This document shows positions 11,314 through 20,856 of a stretch of 64,000 nt of DNA, piece after piece. Both the position numbers and the translations under genes were made by a program. The notes below the pieces were generated by a model that saw nothing but the letters and a program-made list of their open reading frames with translations, was not told the origin of the DNA and made no database searches. The stretch comes from an uncultured Alphaproteobacteria bacterium (lineage in GTDB: Bacteria > Pseudomonadota > Alphaproteobacteria > HIMB59 > GCA-002718135): positions 375-64,374 of the forward strand of contig CACGRD010000004.1 of NCBI GenBank assembly GCA_902575375.1. The letters are read 5' to 3'. The first letter of the stretch is position 1; every line of letters begins with the position of its first letter.

Positions 11314-11767
11314 TTAATTTTGCTCTAATTCTAATTTTTTTACCCAATAACAACTTTAATGAATTTGTGAAATTAAAAATTTCGGATCCTAGTTTATTAA
11401 ATAATTCATTTTCTAAATCTACAATATTATCAATAATATTATTAATTAAATCATTCCCTGCTGCAGTTAAAATTAAACTATCAGATCTTTTATCTTGTGG
11501 TTGTTGTTTTGATATTAAATTCTTTTCTTCTAGTTTAGCAACACGCAAGCTAACAACTGATCTATCAATAGATGCATTTTTACATACATCCTGTTGTGTA
11601 ATACTTATGTTTTCTTCCTGTAATAAATAAATTGTCTCGAGAATAAGATATTCATTTAATGTGATTTGACTCTCTTTTAATTTATATCTTACTTTAGATT
11701 GCCATAAGTTTGATGTTTGCCAAATTAATAATGCTAATCTATTCTCATTAAGAGAAGTGTCTGCCAT
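11306..11767 (-). CDS. MarR-family winged-helix transcriptional regulator
   Basis: 153 aa; ITLNEYLIL, TQQDV, IDRSVVS..VAKLEEKNLI, DKR..LILT..G. Confidence 0.85.
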   Translation of the reverse strand: MADTSLNENRLALLIWQTSNLWQSKVRYKLKESQITLNEYLILETIYLLQEENISITQQDVCKNASIDRSVVSLRVAKLEEKNLISKQQPQDKRSDSLILTAAGNDLINNIIDNIVDLENELFNKLGSEIFNFTNSLKLLLGKKIRIRAKLND

Positions 11768-11773
11768 AGTTTT

Positions 11774-11813
11774 TATACAAACTGTTTGTATACAAATTAA
11801 TAATTTATGTCAA
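11774..11813 (-). promoter_or_regulatory. MarR promoter with overlapping palindromic operator
   Basis: TTGACA (11813-11808)-N17-TACAAA; perfect inverted repeat TATACAAAC-T-GTTTGTATA (11774-11792) overlapping the palindrome TTTGTATACAAA (11785-11796). Confidence 0.65.
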
Positions 11814-11815
11814 TA

Positions 11816-12127
11816 CTATTCTGGTGCAATTTCTATCTCTAGGCCATCAAGCTCTTCAGAAAGATCAATTTGACAAGATAATCTGGAATTATTTTTAACA
11901 TCAAAAGCTTGATCTAGCATAGATTCTTCATCATCATCCATATTTTGTAGCTTGTTTTTCCATTTTTTATCAATATAGACATGACAGGTAGAACAAGCAC
12001 AACATCCTCCACATGAAGCTTCAATATCGTAGCCATTGTCTCTAAGGGTTTCCATTAATGTAAAATTACTATCATATTCAATTTCAGACTTTTTACCTGA
12101 TCTATCTTTGATAATTAACTTCGGCAC
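11816..12127 (-). CDS. fdx: 2Fe-2S ferredoxin (adrenodoxin/putidaredoxin type)
   Basis: CGGCCACSTCHVY ... EESMLD ... SRLSCQI; GTG start. Confidence 0.93.
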   Translation of the reverse strand: MPKLIIKDRSGKKSEIEYDSNFTLMETLRDNGYDIEASCGGCCACSTCHVYIDKKWKNKLQNMDDDEESMLDQAFDVKNNSRLSCQIDLSEELDGLEIEIAPE

Positions 12128-13137
12128 TAAACACCTAATTTTTTCTGAAGCTCTTTAGAAGATGTTGTGTATCTAAAAATGTTTTTCTTATCAGGAAAGC
12201 AATACTTAAATACTTCTTGAGCCATTAAGGCAGACTCGTGAAATCCTGATAGAATAAGCTTAAGTTTTCCTGGATACCAATTTATGTCACCAATCGCAAA
12301 GATTGAAGTTGTAGAAGTTTCAAATTTTTCAGTATCCACTTTAATTAGATTCTCATGTAAGTTTAGACCCCATTCTGCAATTGGACCTAGTTCCATTTTT
12401 AAACCAAAAAATGGTAAAAGATAATCTACTTCAATATTTGATTTTTCATCATCATTTTCGTATTCTAGCATTATTCTACTATCTTGAATTTTAGAAATCT
12501 TTTTTATTTGGCCCTTTAAAAATTTAATTTTTCCTTTTGTTTCTAATTCTTGCATTTTTGAGACAGAATCAGGTGCTGCCCTAAACTCTTTTCTTCTATG
12601 TATTAGAGTTACATTGGAATCCTTAGATAGTTCATTTGTCCAATCCAAAGCAGAGTCTCCTCCTCCTGCAATTAAGATTTTTTTATTCTTAAATATTGAT
12701 TTGTCTCGAATTGCGTAAAAAACATTTTTGTTTTCGAAATTCTCAATATTCTCAATTGGAAGTTTTCGCGGCACAAAACTTCCTGCCCCTGCTGCCACTA
12801 CTATACATTTTGCTTCAACTTTTGTTCCAATATTAGTTTCTACAATCCAACCATATTCTGTTTTAGCAATTTTCTCGACTTGTTGGTTGAGATGAAATTT
12901 AGGTTTAAAAGGGTTTATCTGTTTAATTAAATCGTCAGTTAATTCTTGTCCTGTTACAACTGGTCTTGAGGGAATATCATAAATTGGTTTTTCTGGATAC
13001 AATTCAGCACACTGACCTCCAACCTTATCTAAATTATCAACTAAATGACATTTTATATTTAAAAGACCTAATTCAAATACAGCAAATAAGCCTACCGGAC
13101 CTGCACCTATAATTACTACATCAGTTTTTTCTGTCAT
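12127..13137 (-). CDS. Ferredoxin--NADP reductase (TrxB-like type)
   Basis: IIGAGPVGLF, GGQC.ELYPEKPIYDIP, GGGDSALDW, HRR..FRA, GKLKLILSGFHE; no CxxC. Confidence 0.9.
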   Translation of the reverse strand: MTEKTDVVIIGAGPVGLFAVFELGLLNIKCHLVDNLDKVGGQCAELYPEKPIYDIPSRPVVTGQELTDDLIKQINPFKPKFHLNQQVEKIAKTEYGWIVETNIGTKVEAKCIVVAAGAGSFVPRKLPIENIENFENKNVFYAIRDKSIFKNKKILIAGGGDSALDWTNELSKDSNVTLIHRRKEFRAAPDSVSKMQELETKGKIKFLKGQIKKISKIQDSRIMLEYENDDEKSNIEVDYLLPFFGLKMELGPIAEWGLNLHENLIKVDTEKFETSTTSIFAIGDINWYPGKLKLILSGFHESALMAQEVFKYCFPDKKNIFRYTTSSKELQKKLGV

Positions 13138-13190
13138 ATGAGAAAAATAACAACTTTTTTTATTATTTCTAGGGATTATATATAATCTAA

Positions 13191-14246
13191 ATGAATTACG
13201 CTAATACTTCAAAATATTATAATCCTGCGATTTATATATGGCTGTTAACAATAACCGCAATGGTTTTATTAATTATAGTAATAGGAGGCCTAACAAGATT
13301 AACCGACTCTGGACTTTCTATGACCGACTGGCGTCCAATTTTAGGCGTAATTCCACCACTGAGTTTAGAAAGTTGGTTGGTTGTTTTCGAAATGTATAAA
13401 CAAACACCAGAATTTAAAATAGTTAACAAAAATATGACTTTAAATGAGTTTAAATATATTTTTTGGTGGGAGTGGTTTCATAGAATATTTGCAAGAGCTA
13501 TAGGAATTGTTTTTTTAATACCTTTATTTTACTTCAGTTTTAAAAAGCAAATTCAATCGTCACTTTATATAAGGCTTGGTATTGTCTTTGTGTTTGGTTT
13601 GTTTCAAGCAGTTATTGGATGGTGGATGGTAAAGAGTGGTTTGACTGAAAATCCTTATGTAAGCCCCTATAGACTTACCTTTCATCTTTTAAATGCTCTT
13701 ATAATTTTCTCTATACTATTATGGATAGCAATGGATTACAGGTATTCTTCTAATATAAGTTTTTTGTCTAACCCAAAGACAATTGAATTTTATATTTTAG
13801 TTGCTGTAATCTTAATATTTATTACAATTGCAACAGGTGGATTTATGGCAGGAACAAACTCTGGACAATCTTTTAATACATTTCCGCTAATGAATGGAAA
13901 AATTTTACCTGATGATTACGTTATTGATGATTTAGGTATTTATAATATTTTTGAAAATACAGTTGCAATAAATTTTAACCACCGTTGGTTATCAATATTT
14001 GTTTTTTTTTATATCCTTTTTGTTTGTTTTAAATTTATTAAATTTGATAATAAAAATATATCTAGTACTCTTGTGTATTTAGTTTTATTCTTTCTAACGT
14101 TACAAGTAATATTAGGTATTATAACTCTTTTAAGTAATGTTTATTTACCAGTCGCAAGTTTACATCAAACTAATTCAATTTTGTTATTATCAACTTTATT
14201 AATTAGTTATCATCAAATTAAAATTAGAAAGGTTAAAGATGTCTAA
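13191..14246 (+). CDS. ctaA: Heme A synthase (COX15/CtaA type 2)
   Basis: GGLTRLTDSGLSM.DW, WWEWFHR, GWWMVKSGL, VSPYRLTFHL, FNHR, ASLHQ. Confidence 0.95.
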   Translation: MNYANTSKYYNPAIYIWLLTITAMVLLIIVIGGLTRLTDSGLSMTDWRPILGVIPPLSLESWLVVFEMYKQTPEFKIVNKNMTLNEFKYIFWWEWFHRIFARAIGIVFLIPLFYFSFKKQIQSSLYIRLGIVFVFGLFQAVIGWWMVKSGLTENPYVSPYRLTFHLLNALIIFSILLWIAMDYRYSSNISFLSNPKTIEFYILVAVILIFITIATGGFMAGTNSGQSFNTFPLMNGKILPDDYVIDDLGIYNIFENTVAINFNHRWLSIFVFFYILFVCFKFIKFDNKNISSTLVYLVLFFLTLQVILGIITLLSNVYLPVASLHQTNSILLLSTLLISYHQIKIRKVKDV

Positions 14247-14964
14247 CAAAAATATATTTGTCTTTGGGGGCACGGGTTCTATTGGAAAATCATTATCAAA
14301 AAAACTGAAAAGCAATAACTATGATCCAATAATTATTTCTAGAAATGAAACAGAATTAAAACAATTATCTGAAGAAATTAGATGTGAATACAAAGTGTGT
14401 GATGTTTTAGATTTTAATAAAGTTAAGAGTATTTCAGAAGAATACAAAGATCAATTAAGTGGTATTGCTTTTTGCGTTGGCTCAATAAATTTAAAACCTC
14501 TCAAAATGACTAAAGATGAAGATTTTATTGATTCTTTTAAAATAAATACACTTAGTGCTATAAATGCGATTAAGTTTAATCAAGAAACTCTTGCTAAAAA
14601 TAATGGCAGTATTCTTCTTTATTCAACTATTGCTGTAAAACAAGGTTTTACCAATCACACAGTAATCTCTACCGCCAAAGGTGCCATTGAAGGGCTTACT
14701 CTGAGCTTAGCTGCAGAATTTGCTCCAAAAATCAAAGTAAATTGTATAGCGCCAAGTTTAACTGACGCAAAAATGACACAAAAGATAATTAGTAATGAAA
14801 CTATTAAGAAAGCAATTGAAAATATGCACCCTCTACCCAAAATTGGATCTGGTGATGATTTCTCAGATATTGGAAGTTTTCTATTAAGTGATAAAAATAG
14901 TTGGATTACTGGACAAATATTTCATATAGATGGGGGAAGATCATCATTAAGAATTAAATCGTGA
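14239..14964 (+). CDS. SDR oxidoreductase (atypical: IxxxK in place of YxxxK)
   Basis: FGGTGSIG, HTVISTAKGAIEGL, VNCIAPS, WITGQ..HIDGG. Confidence 0.85.
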   Translation: MSNKNIFVFGGTGSIGKSLSKKLKSNNYDPIIISRNETELKQLSEEIRCEYKVCDVLDFNKVKSISEEYKDQLSGIAFCVGSINLKPLKMTKDEDFIDSFKINTLSAINAIKFNQETLAKNNGSILLYSTIAVKQGFTNHTVISTAKGAIEGLTLSLAAEFAPKIKVNCIAPSLTDAKMTQKIISNETIKKAIENMHPLPKIGSGDDFSDIGSFLLSDKNSWITGQIFHIDGGRSSLRIKS

Positions 14965-15644
14965 AATATATCTTTGTAATTTGTTTATCTGTTTTTTCTT
15001 TTAGCGTTTTTAGTCAACCATTTCCAATACCAGAAGATAAAGAGGTAAGTTATGATGTTATTAGAAAAAAGAAAAATATTGGAAGCTTAATATCAAAATT
15101 TGAAGATAATGAAGATAGTGTCGTTATACATTCAGTCTTAAAGATAAATGTTAAAATTTTATTTATTCCAGCATACAAATTTTATCAAGAAACTAAAGAA
15201 ACTTGGAAAAATGGTGAATTTGTATCAATAGATGGATTTACAGACTTCGAAGATGATCGAGAGTATAAAATAATTGGAAATGATGAAGACAATTTTTTTA
15301 TTGCTAGTGGTATGGATGGAGAATTAAAATTAGATAAAAATATAGTACCATTAAATTATTGGAATATTGAAATGTTAAATGAGAAAGAAGTATTTGACAC
15401 TCAAAAAGGTATTGTAAGAACTATAGAAGTAAAACAACTTGAAGATGAAAAAATAAAAATGAATGACATTGAAATATTAGCTAATAAGTATGTTTTCAAT
15501 GCATCAAAAAATCCAAAAGATAAGGGGCCATTCCCAGAATATACACTTTGGTATTTTGAAAAAGAACTCATGAAAATGGAGTTCAAAAACCCTAATGATA
15601 AAAAAAATATTATAACAATAGTTCGTAATGATTGGGGTCAATAA
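14961..15644 (+). CDS. Exported beta-rich protein (DUF6134-like)
   Basis: Signal peptide; YDVIRKKKNIG, KILFIPAYKFYQ..ETW, PLNYWN, VFDTQKG. Confidence 0.6.
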   Translation: MKYIFVICLSVFSFSVFSQPFPIPEDKEVSYDVIRKKKNIGSLISKFEDNEDSVVIHSVLKINVKILFIPAYKFYQETKETWKNGEFVSIDGFTDFEDDREYKIIGNDEDNFFIASGMDGELKLDKNIVPLNYWNIEMLNEKEVFDTQKGIVRTIEVKQLEDEKIKMNDIEILANKYVFNASKNPKDKGPFPEYTLWYFEKELMKMEFKNPNDKKNIITIVRNDWGQ

Positions 15645-16403
15645 TTGCAAACTATTTGGATTACTGGTGGATCTTCTGGAATTGGTTTTGCTGTTGCACA
15701 AAAATTCTTAGAAGAAAATTGGAGGGTTATAATTTCTTCAAGAAATGAAGACAAATTAAAAAAAGCCGTCGAAAAATTAAAAAATATAACAAGTAATAAA
15801 CAAATCTACTATAAGGCTTGTGATGTAAGTAGGTACAAAGAAGTTGATAGGACGATTGCATACATAGAAAACAAAATATCAAAAATTAATATTGCTCTTC
15901 TAAATGCAACCGCTTACTCACCCAACAAGAATCAAGAATTTGATATAAATAATTACAATTTATTAATAGATGTTAATTTAAATGGAACAATAAATTGCTT
16001 AGATGTCTTGAAAAATTATATGAAGGGTAGAAATAATTTAATATCTATAGTTTCTTCGCCAGTTGGATACAGAGGGATGCCGACAGCAGGTGCTTATGGT
16101 ATGACCAAAGCAGCACAACTAAATTTAGTAGAAAGTTTATATTTTGATTTTAAAAAATTAAATATAAAAATTTCAGTCATTAATCCAGGTTTCATAGATA
16201 CTGAGTCAACGAAGTTAAATTCTTTTAAAATGCCTTTTTTAAAACCTGCAAGTTATGCTGCAAAAAAAATCTTTGAAGGATTAACTGGTAAATACAAATT
16301 TGAAATATATTTTCCTTTTATTTTAGTTTTTTCTTTAAAAATAATGAGATATTTGCCTTTAAAAATTTATGCATTTATTTGGAAAAAATTAGGAAATTTC
16401 TAA
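15645..16403 (+). CDS. SDR NAD(P)-dependent oxidoreductase
   Basis: ITGGSSGIG, LLNA, AYGMTKAA, INPGFIDT. Confidence 0.88.
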   Translation: MQTIWITGGSSGIGFAVAQKFLEENWRVIISSRNEDKLKKAVEKLKNITSNKQIYYKACDVSRYKEVDRTIAYIENKISKINIALLNATAYSPNKNQEFDINNYNLLIDVNLNGTINCLDVLKNYMKGRNNLISIVSSPVGYRGMPTAGAYGMTKAAQLNLVESLYFDFKKLNIKISVINPGFIDTESTKLNSFKMPFLKPASYAAKKIFEGLTGKYKFEIYFPFILVFSLKIMRYLPLKIYAFIWKKLGNF

Positions 16404-17485
16404 TTTAATTCACCAATATAAATTCCAAGACCTTCAGCTACTTTAATTAAAGGATCACTTTTTTGAACAGTTTTTGAGTATCCAGCAACTTGACTAAGCA
16501 TCAAATCTTGTACTCCTCTGTCTTTCCACACAACAACTCTATTAAATTTTTTCTTTGCAATTAAATCAACTGCATAAACTCCAAAGGCACTTGCAATTAA
16601 ACGATCTCTATGTGTTGGTTGAGCACCTCTTTGAACATGTCCTAAAACTGTAACTCTTGTTTCCGAGTCTGTTATTTTATAGATTTCATCACCAAGATAA
16701 TTTCCAATTCCTCCAAGGCGTACCTCTCCATCAACATATTTCACTGTAGCTTTTTTACCGTTTTCTTTTTTTACAGCTTCTGCAACAACGATTAATGCAT
16801 GATTTCTTCCTTTAGACCTAAGTTTCTCAATATGATCAGCGATAGATTTTATTGAATATTGAATCTCGGGAATCAAAATAACATCTGCTCCTCCAGCTAT
16901 TCCTGCATTCAAAGCAATATGACCTGCATCTCTACCCATTACCTCTAAAATCATTACTCTTCTGTGGCTAGCTGCTGTTGGTTGAAGCATATCTAATGCA
17001 TTTGTTGCTACGTCAACTGCAGTATCATATCCTATAGATAGCTCATTATGCTTCACATCATTGTCTATAGTCTTTGGAATACCTACAAAATTTATATTTC
17101 CTTTTTTTGTAATACTTTGAAGGATTTTTAAACTTCCATCTCCACCAATACCTATTAGTGCATCTATTCCTAATTTTTTAAAACCTTCTATAACTAAATC
17201 AGTTGATTGAATTTTTTTTCCATTCCTTATAATTTTTTTAAAAGGGTTGCCTTTGTTATTTGATCCCAAAAAAGTTCCGCCCATCCTCATTAAGCTACCC
17301 TCAAAATTTTGCGGATTTAATTTGATAACGTCCAGTGGTTCTTTCAACAAGCCTAATGTTCCATCCTTTATTCCATAAACTTCCCAATTGTACTTGTTAT
17401 GTGCTCTTAATGTAACAGCTCTAATTACTGCATTTAAACCTGCACAATCTCCACCGCTTGTTAAAATTGCTATTTTTTTTACCAC
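16400..17485 (-). CDS. pfkA: 6-phosphofructokinase, group III, likely ATP-dependent
   Basis: TSGGDCAGLN, GGT.LG, GGDGS, PKTIDND, EVMGRDAG, LGHVQRG. Confidence 0.93.
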   Translation of the reverse strand: MVKKIAILTSGGDCAGLNAVIRAVTLRAHNKYNWEVYGIKDGTLGLLKEPLDVIKLNPQNFEGSLMRMGGTFLGSNNKGNPFKKIIRNGKKIQSTDLVIEGFKKLGIDALIGIGGDGSLKILQSITKKGNINFVGIPKTIDNDVKHNELSIGYDTAVDVATNALDMLQPTAASHRRVMILEVMGRDAGHIALNAGIAGGADVILIPEIQYSIKSIADHIEKLRSKGRNHALIVVAEAVKKENGKKATVKYVDGEVRLGGIGNYLGDEIYKITDSETRVTVLGHVQRGAQPTHRDRLIASAFGVYAVDLIAKKKFNRVVVWKDRGVQDLMLSQVAGYSKTVQKSDPLIKVAEGLGIYIGELN

Positions 17486-17529
17486 AGGGCGCTTATATAC
17501 TATTATTATATATTTAATTATTTATTTTC

Positions 17530-17730
17530 ATGAACGACATAAAAAAACTTATAGAAATTTTAAAAAATTTTGAACAAGAACATAGAGATCTTGATGAAAT
17601 ACTTATAGCACTTCAAGAAAAGAATACTGTAGATTTTTTACAAATTCAAAGGTTAAAAAAAAGAAAATTAATCCTAAAAGATAAAATATTAGAAATTCAA
17701 AATAAGTTAGAGCCAGATAGTATAGCTTAA
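17530..17730 (+). CDS. DUF465 (YdcH-like) small coiled-coil protein
   Basis: EHRDLD...QIQRLKKRKL.LKD.I...PD.IA. Confidence 0.85.
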   Translation: MNDIKKLIEILKNFEQEHRDLDEILIALQEKNTVDFLQIQRLKKRKLILKDKILEIQNKLEPDSIA

Positions 17731-18344
17731 GCTAAAAAACTTTTTAAAAATTTAGGAGCGTTATCCTTTATAAAAGATATTCTTTCCTTAATTCTTGGAA
17801 TTTTTGATATTCTCTTTAGATTTTTATCAATATTTTCTTCAACATGCTTCATTTCTTTTGAAAAAAAAACGAGCAGGGCATTAGTATATACTCCTGATAA
17901 AATCAGTCTTTTTGTATAAAAATTGAAATCTGTTGAATTATCTCCAGCTAAATACCACATTGTACTTACTGAATTGTATAAACTCTTTTTTGATATTTTA
18001 TTATTTGTGGGTAGCAAAAGATGGTTAAAGGTTTTTTTATAAAATTCTTTATCTTCATTTAATATATCAAATCGTAATAATAATATTTTTTTTATTCTTT
18101 TGTTAATTGGAAAATTAATCAAATTAATTTTTTTTAATTTATATTCAAGTTTTTCATTAATATTTTGTAGAGAATATTCTAATAAATCTTTATATCCATC
18201 AGGGAAAAAAAAGAATAAATCATTTTTTTCTATATTTTTTTTTTGTAATTTTGAAAATATTTCTGATGACCATCCTTCAATTGATACAATTTCTTTAGCT
18301 TTTATAAGAATATCTTCTTTTTTTTTATTTTCTGTTTTGTTCAT
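17727..18344 (-). CDS. COQ9 family ubiquinone biosynthesis lipid-binding protein
   Basis: EGWS, FFPDG, MWYLAGDNSTDFNFYTKRLILSGVY; near rpsU. Confidence 0.88.
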   Translation of the reverse strand: MNKTENKKKEDILIKAKEIVSIEGWSSEIFSKLQKKNIEKNDLFFFFPDGYKDLLEYSLQNINEKLEYKLKKINLINFPINKRIKKILLLRFDILNEDKEFYKKTFNHLLLPTNNKISKKSLYNSVSTMWYLAGDNSTDFNFYTKRLILSGVYTNALLVFFSKEMKHVEENIDKNLKRISKIPRIKERISFIKDNAPKFLKSFLA

Positions 18345-18855
18345 TTTTCCAATAAGTTGTTATTTCTTTTTCAAAACCAAAAGCATTTTTATGTGCTAAG
18401 CGTGATGTATACAAAATGCCATTTAAATGATCTACCTCATGTTGTACTACCCTTGCATGTAAGCCTTCAACTTCATTATCAATCACTTTACCATCAAGAT
18501 CAAATCCAGAATATTTAATTTTTTTAAATCTTCTAACCAAGCCTTGCATACCAGGGATAGATAAACATCCTTCCCAATCATCCTCAGTTTCTTTTCCGAC
18601 AGGTGTAAAACTAGGGTTTATTAATGGTGTTATCTCAATTTTATCTTTCTCCTCATTATCAGGATTACGAAATACTATTATTTGCTTTAAAATGTGTACT
18701 TGGGGTGCTGCTAAACCTATACCGTTATAGTCAAGCATTGTTTCAGACATATCATAAACTATTTTTTTTAGAGAATCTGATGAGAATTCTTTTATCTCAG
18801 AACATTCTTTGAGCAAAATGGGATGACCGATTTTTGATATTTTGAGAATAGACAC
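18325..18855 (-). CDS. def: Peptide deformylase
   Basis: GIGLAAPQ, EGCLSIPG, QHEVDHL.G. Confidence 0.96.
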   Translation of the reverse strand: MSILKISKIGHPILLKECSEIKEFSSDSLKKIVYDMSETMLDYNGIGLAAPQVHILKQIIVFRNPDNEEKDKIEITPLINPSFTPVGKETEDDWEGCLSIPGMQGLVRRFKKIKYSGFDLDGKVIDNEVEGLHARVVQHEVDHLNGILYTSRLAHKNAFGFEKEITTYWKNEQNRK

Positions 18856-18911
18856 ATAATAAATATAAGTATTTTTTTTAATATACCAATAGATTAATTC
18901 AATATATCCGT

Positions 18912-18949
18912 TTGCAAATAATATGACTTTATGTTACTAGCCCGACCCA
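18912..18949 (+). promoter_or_regulatory. Putative sigma70 promoter of rpsU with GC-rich discriminator; near-leaderless
   Basis: TTGCAA (18912)-N17-TACTAG (18935, preceded by TG-n), then CCCGACCCA and ATG; no Shine-Dalgarno sequence. Confidence 0.5.
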
Positions 18950-19147
18950 ATGACACTTTTTGTAAATGTAAAAGATAATAATGTTGAACAAGCAATTAGA
19001 ACGCTAAAAAAGAAAATGCAGCGTGAAGGTTTGTATAAAGAAATGAAACTTCGCAAACACTATGAAAAACCTTGTTTAAAACGCGCTAGAGAAAAAGAGG
19101 AAAATATTAGAAGAGCTAGAAAATCCGCAAAAAGAAATAACGATTAA
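18950..19147 (+). CDS. rpsU: 30S ribosomal protein S21
   Basis: [21 protein letters not shown]...HYEKP..KR. Confidence 0.96.
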   Translation: MTLFVNVKDNNVEQAIRTLKKKMQREGLYKEMKLRKHYEKPCLKRAREKEENIRRARKSAKRNND

Positions 19148-20538
19148 GCTGAAAGACTTTTTACAATATCCTCGCACATTTTTTTTGCATCTCCAAATAG
19201 CATTGTTGTATTATCTCTATAGAATAACTCATTATCAACGCCTGAATAACCAGTTGCCATTGAACGTTTTACAAATAAAACGCTTTGTGATTTTTCTACA
19301 TCTAAAATAGGCATACCAAAAATAGGAGAAGACTCATCTGTTTTTGCAGCGGGATTTGTTACATCATTTGCCCCAATAACAAAAGAAACCTCTGTCATTG
19401 GAAAATCATGATTAATTTCATCTAGTTCTAAAACTTCTTCATAAGGAACATTAGCTTCAGCTAGTAAAACATTCATATGACCTGGCATTCTTCCTGCAAC
19501 TGGGTGTATTGCATATCTTACCTCTATTCCTTCTTTTTTTAATATGTCACCCATTTCTCTTAAAGCATGTTGAGCTTGCGCTACAGCCATTCCATAACCT
19601 GGTACAATAATTACAGAGTCTGCATTTTTCATTATATACGCCGCATCCTCTGCATTACCTTGTTTAACAATTTTATCTGAGTTATCCTTACTAGCACTAG
19701 TGTCTTGCTCGCCACCAAAACCTCCTAAAACAACATTAATAATAGATCTATTCATCCCTTTACTCATTATATAACTTAGTATTGCTCCAGATGCTCCAAC
19801 AAGGGCTCCAGTTATAATTAAGAGATTATTGCTTAAGGTAAATCCTATTCCACAAGCTGCCCAGCCTGAATAGGAGTTTAACATAGAAACGACAACTGGC
19901 ATGTCAGCTCCACCAATAGGAATCACCACAAGAAATCCTAACAATATTGAAATGATAACAATTGTCCAAAAGATTGTTGGAGATTGATTAATTACAAATA
20001 AAACAATTAATAAAATAATTAGTAGAAAAATTAGTGCATTTATAAGGTGCTGAAACTTAAACACTATAGGCTTTCCTGAAATGGTTCCTTGTAATTTTCC
20101 AAAAGCTAAAACCGAACCAGAGAAAGTGATTGCACCAATAAACGTTCCAATACTCATTTCAATTAAACTAGCGGATTTAATTGATCCAACTTTTCCAATA
20201 TTAAAAGCAACAGGATCATAGAATGCAGCAGCAGCAACAAATACAGCTGCTAAACCTACTAGGCTATGAAAAGCAGCTACCAACTGAGGTAATGCTGTCA
20301 TCTCAATTCTGAGCGCAATAAATGAACCTATAGCACCTCCAATAAGTATCGCAGCTCCAATTTCATAATAACTAAGAACTGATTTGAACATTAGCGTTGT
20401 AAACACCGCTATAATCATTCCAATAACACCAAATATGTTACCCATTCTTGAAGATTCAGGATGAGATAAACCTCTTAAAGCAAAGATAAATAATAATGCA
20501 GAAATTAAATATAATATCGCAACCATGTTATCAGACAT
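19144..20538 (-). CDS. pntB: NAD(P) transhydrogenase beta subunit
   Basis: [62 protein letters not shown]. Confidence 0.97.
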   Translation of the reverse strand: MSDNMVAILYLISALLFIFALRGLSHPESSRMGNIFGVIGMIIAVFTTLMFKSVLSYYEIGAAILIGGAIGSFIALRIEMTALPQLVAAFHSLVGLAAVFVAAAAFYDPVAFNIGKVGSIKSASLIEMSIGTFIGAITFSGSVLAFGKLQGTISGKPIVFKFQHLINALIFLLIILLIVLFVINQSPTIFWTIVIISILLGFLVVIPIGGADMPVVVSMLNSYSGWAACGIGFTLSNNLLIITGALVGASGAILSYIMSKGMNRSIINVVLGGFGGEQDTSASKDNSDKIVKQGNAEDAAYIMKNADSVIIVPGYGMAVAQAQHALREMGDILKKEGIEVRYAIHPVAGRMPGHMNVLLAEANVPYEEVLELDEINHDFPMTEVSFVIGANDVTNPAAKTDESSPIFGMPILDVEKSQSVLFVKRSMATGYSGVDNELFYRDNTTMLFGDAKKMCEDIVKSLSA

Positions 20539-20855
20539 TATTCTTTTTCCTTTGTTTTTTTAGTTTTTTTCTTAAACATAGAGAGCATTCGATATGTTAC
20601 TAAGAAGCCTCCAAAAATATTAACTGAAGCTAACACAACACCAATTAATCCAAAAATTTTTGATATATCAAAACCTTGAGGACCAGCTGCCAATATTGCC
20701 CCAACTATAATTACACTTGATATTGCATTTGTCACACCCATCAATGGACTATGTAAAGCAGGAGTAACTGACCAAACTACATAATAACCAATGATACAAG
20801 CTAAGAAAAATACTGTTAGTCCAATAACAAAAACTTCTGAAGAATGTGCTTCCAT
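20538..20855 (-). CDS. pntA: NAD(P) transhydrogenase alpha subunit, part 2 (membrane)
   Basis: GYYVVWSVTPALHSPLMGVTNAISS, NIFGGF.VT.RML. Confidence 0.95.
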   Translation of the reverse strand: MEAHSSEVFVIGLTVFFLACIIGYYVVWSVTPALHSPLMGVTNAISSVIIVGAILAAGPQGFDISKIFGLIGVVLASVNIFGGFLVTYRMLSMFKKKTKKTKEKE

Positions 20856-20856
20856 A

